The notes under the pieces: model-generated
The model's database searches: none
What the model was told of the DNA's origin: nothing
The model's input: the letters and a program-made list of their open reading frames with translations, nothing else
Translations under genes and position numbers: made by a program
Shown: positions 63,610 through 64,000 of the stretch, in pieces
Layout: the number at the start of each line of letters is the position of its first letter
Position numbering within the stretch: the stretch's first letter is position 1
NCBI GenBank assembly: GCA_965644295.1
Contig: CBFFRP010000373.1
Coordinates: forward strand, 62,001 to 126,000
Length of the DNA: 64,000 nt
Direction of reading: 5' to 3'
Origin: Paraphysomonas bandaiensis
Lineage: Eukaryota > Protista > Chrysophyceae

Positions 63610-64000
63610 GCCAATATGGCTACCTCAACTGTCACTTCATTCCAGAGGCGACGATTCATGTGTAACAACATAAGTTGCTCGCAAATGTCGAGAAGTCAAA
63701 TTCTTGCGCAAATTCGTCATAACAATCTTAGCTCTACTGAATAACCTTTCAACCTTATTGGTTGTAGCATGCAAGTGCTTCATGCTGCAGTAATGAGTTT
63801 GTTGGTTACGTCTTGCTTGCTTCCACTGCCAGCTAACATTAAACGTTGCGCTGCGTCGTCATTCGGAACTAGCCTCGCAGAGTATTAATCTTCTTCATCC
63901 TCTTCTAGAAAAGATATTTTAATTTGATTCTTTTCCGTCCGAGTTACGGCTTCGTTGCCACATTGAATCTTCACGACTGCCTTTTGAAAGCAGCGTTATG
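63610..64000 (-). pseudogene. hAT transposase C-terminal remnant, runs off the window end
   Basis: HATTNKVERLFSRAKIVMTNLRKNL...LWNEVTVEVA. AATTGCAATT-type repeats at 63525-63590. Confidence 0.75.

Noticed and set aside
1-64000. tRNA, rRNA or snRNA genes
   Set aside because: None recognised by eye. A covariance-model scan would be needed to exclude them.

Overview
Eukaryotic, not prokaryotic, genomic DNA. It most likely comes from a flagellated stramenopile such as a chrysophyte or other ochrophyte (inferred from the alpha-tubulin tail [17 protein letters not shown]1 and the gene style). Genes are compact, with short GT-AG introns (mostly about 40-60 nt), and are separated by intergenic blocks made largely of nested, decayed transposons. 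Recognisable genes: RAB3GAP2, a GT17/MGAT3-like glycosyltransferase, PUM3/Puf6, a WD40 protein, a signal-peptide-bearing CatB/Vat-like O-acetyltransferase, BBOF1/CCDC176, an LRR multi-TM receptor-like protein, a decayed C2+DysF gene, alpha-tubulin, a kinesin with a PHD finger, GPCAT/Gpc1, a possible RPA34, and a mitochondrial-looking EHD/dynamin-like GTPase. Most notable structures: (i) a 5,535-bp element (51924-57458) with perfect 27-bp TIRs starting AAG and a 3-bp CAA TSD, verifiable from a sister empty site, that carries 393-bp and 182-bp tandem arrays; (ii) an internally deleted Copia element (36435-38284) with non-canonical TA...TT LTR ends, a 5-bp TSD and an initiator-tRNA-type PBS; (iii) an abundant TIR-less repeat family with sharp ends that forms a tail-to-tail palindrome. 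All alignments and protein family calls were made by eye, without database searches.
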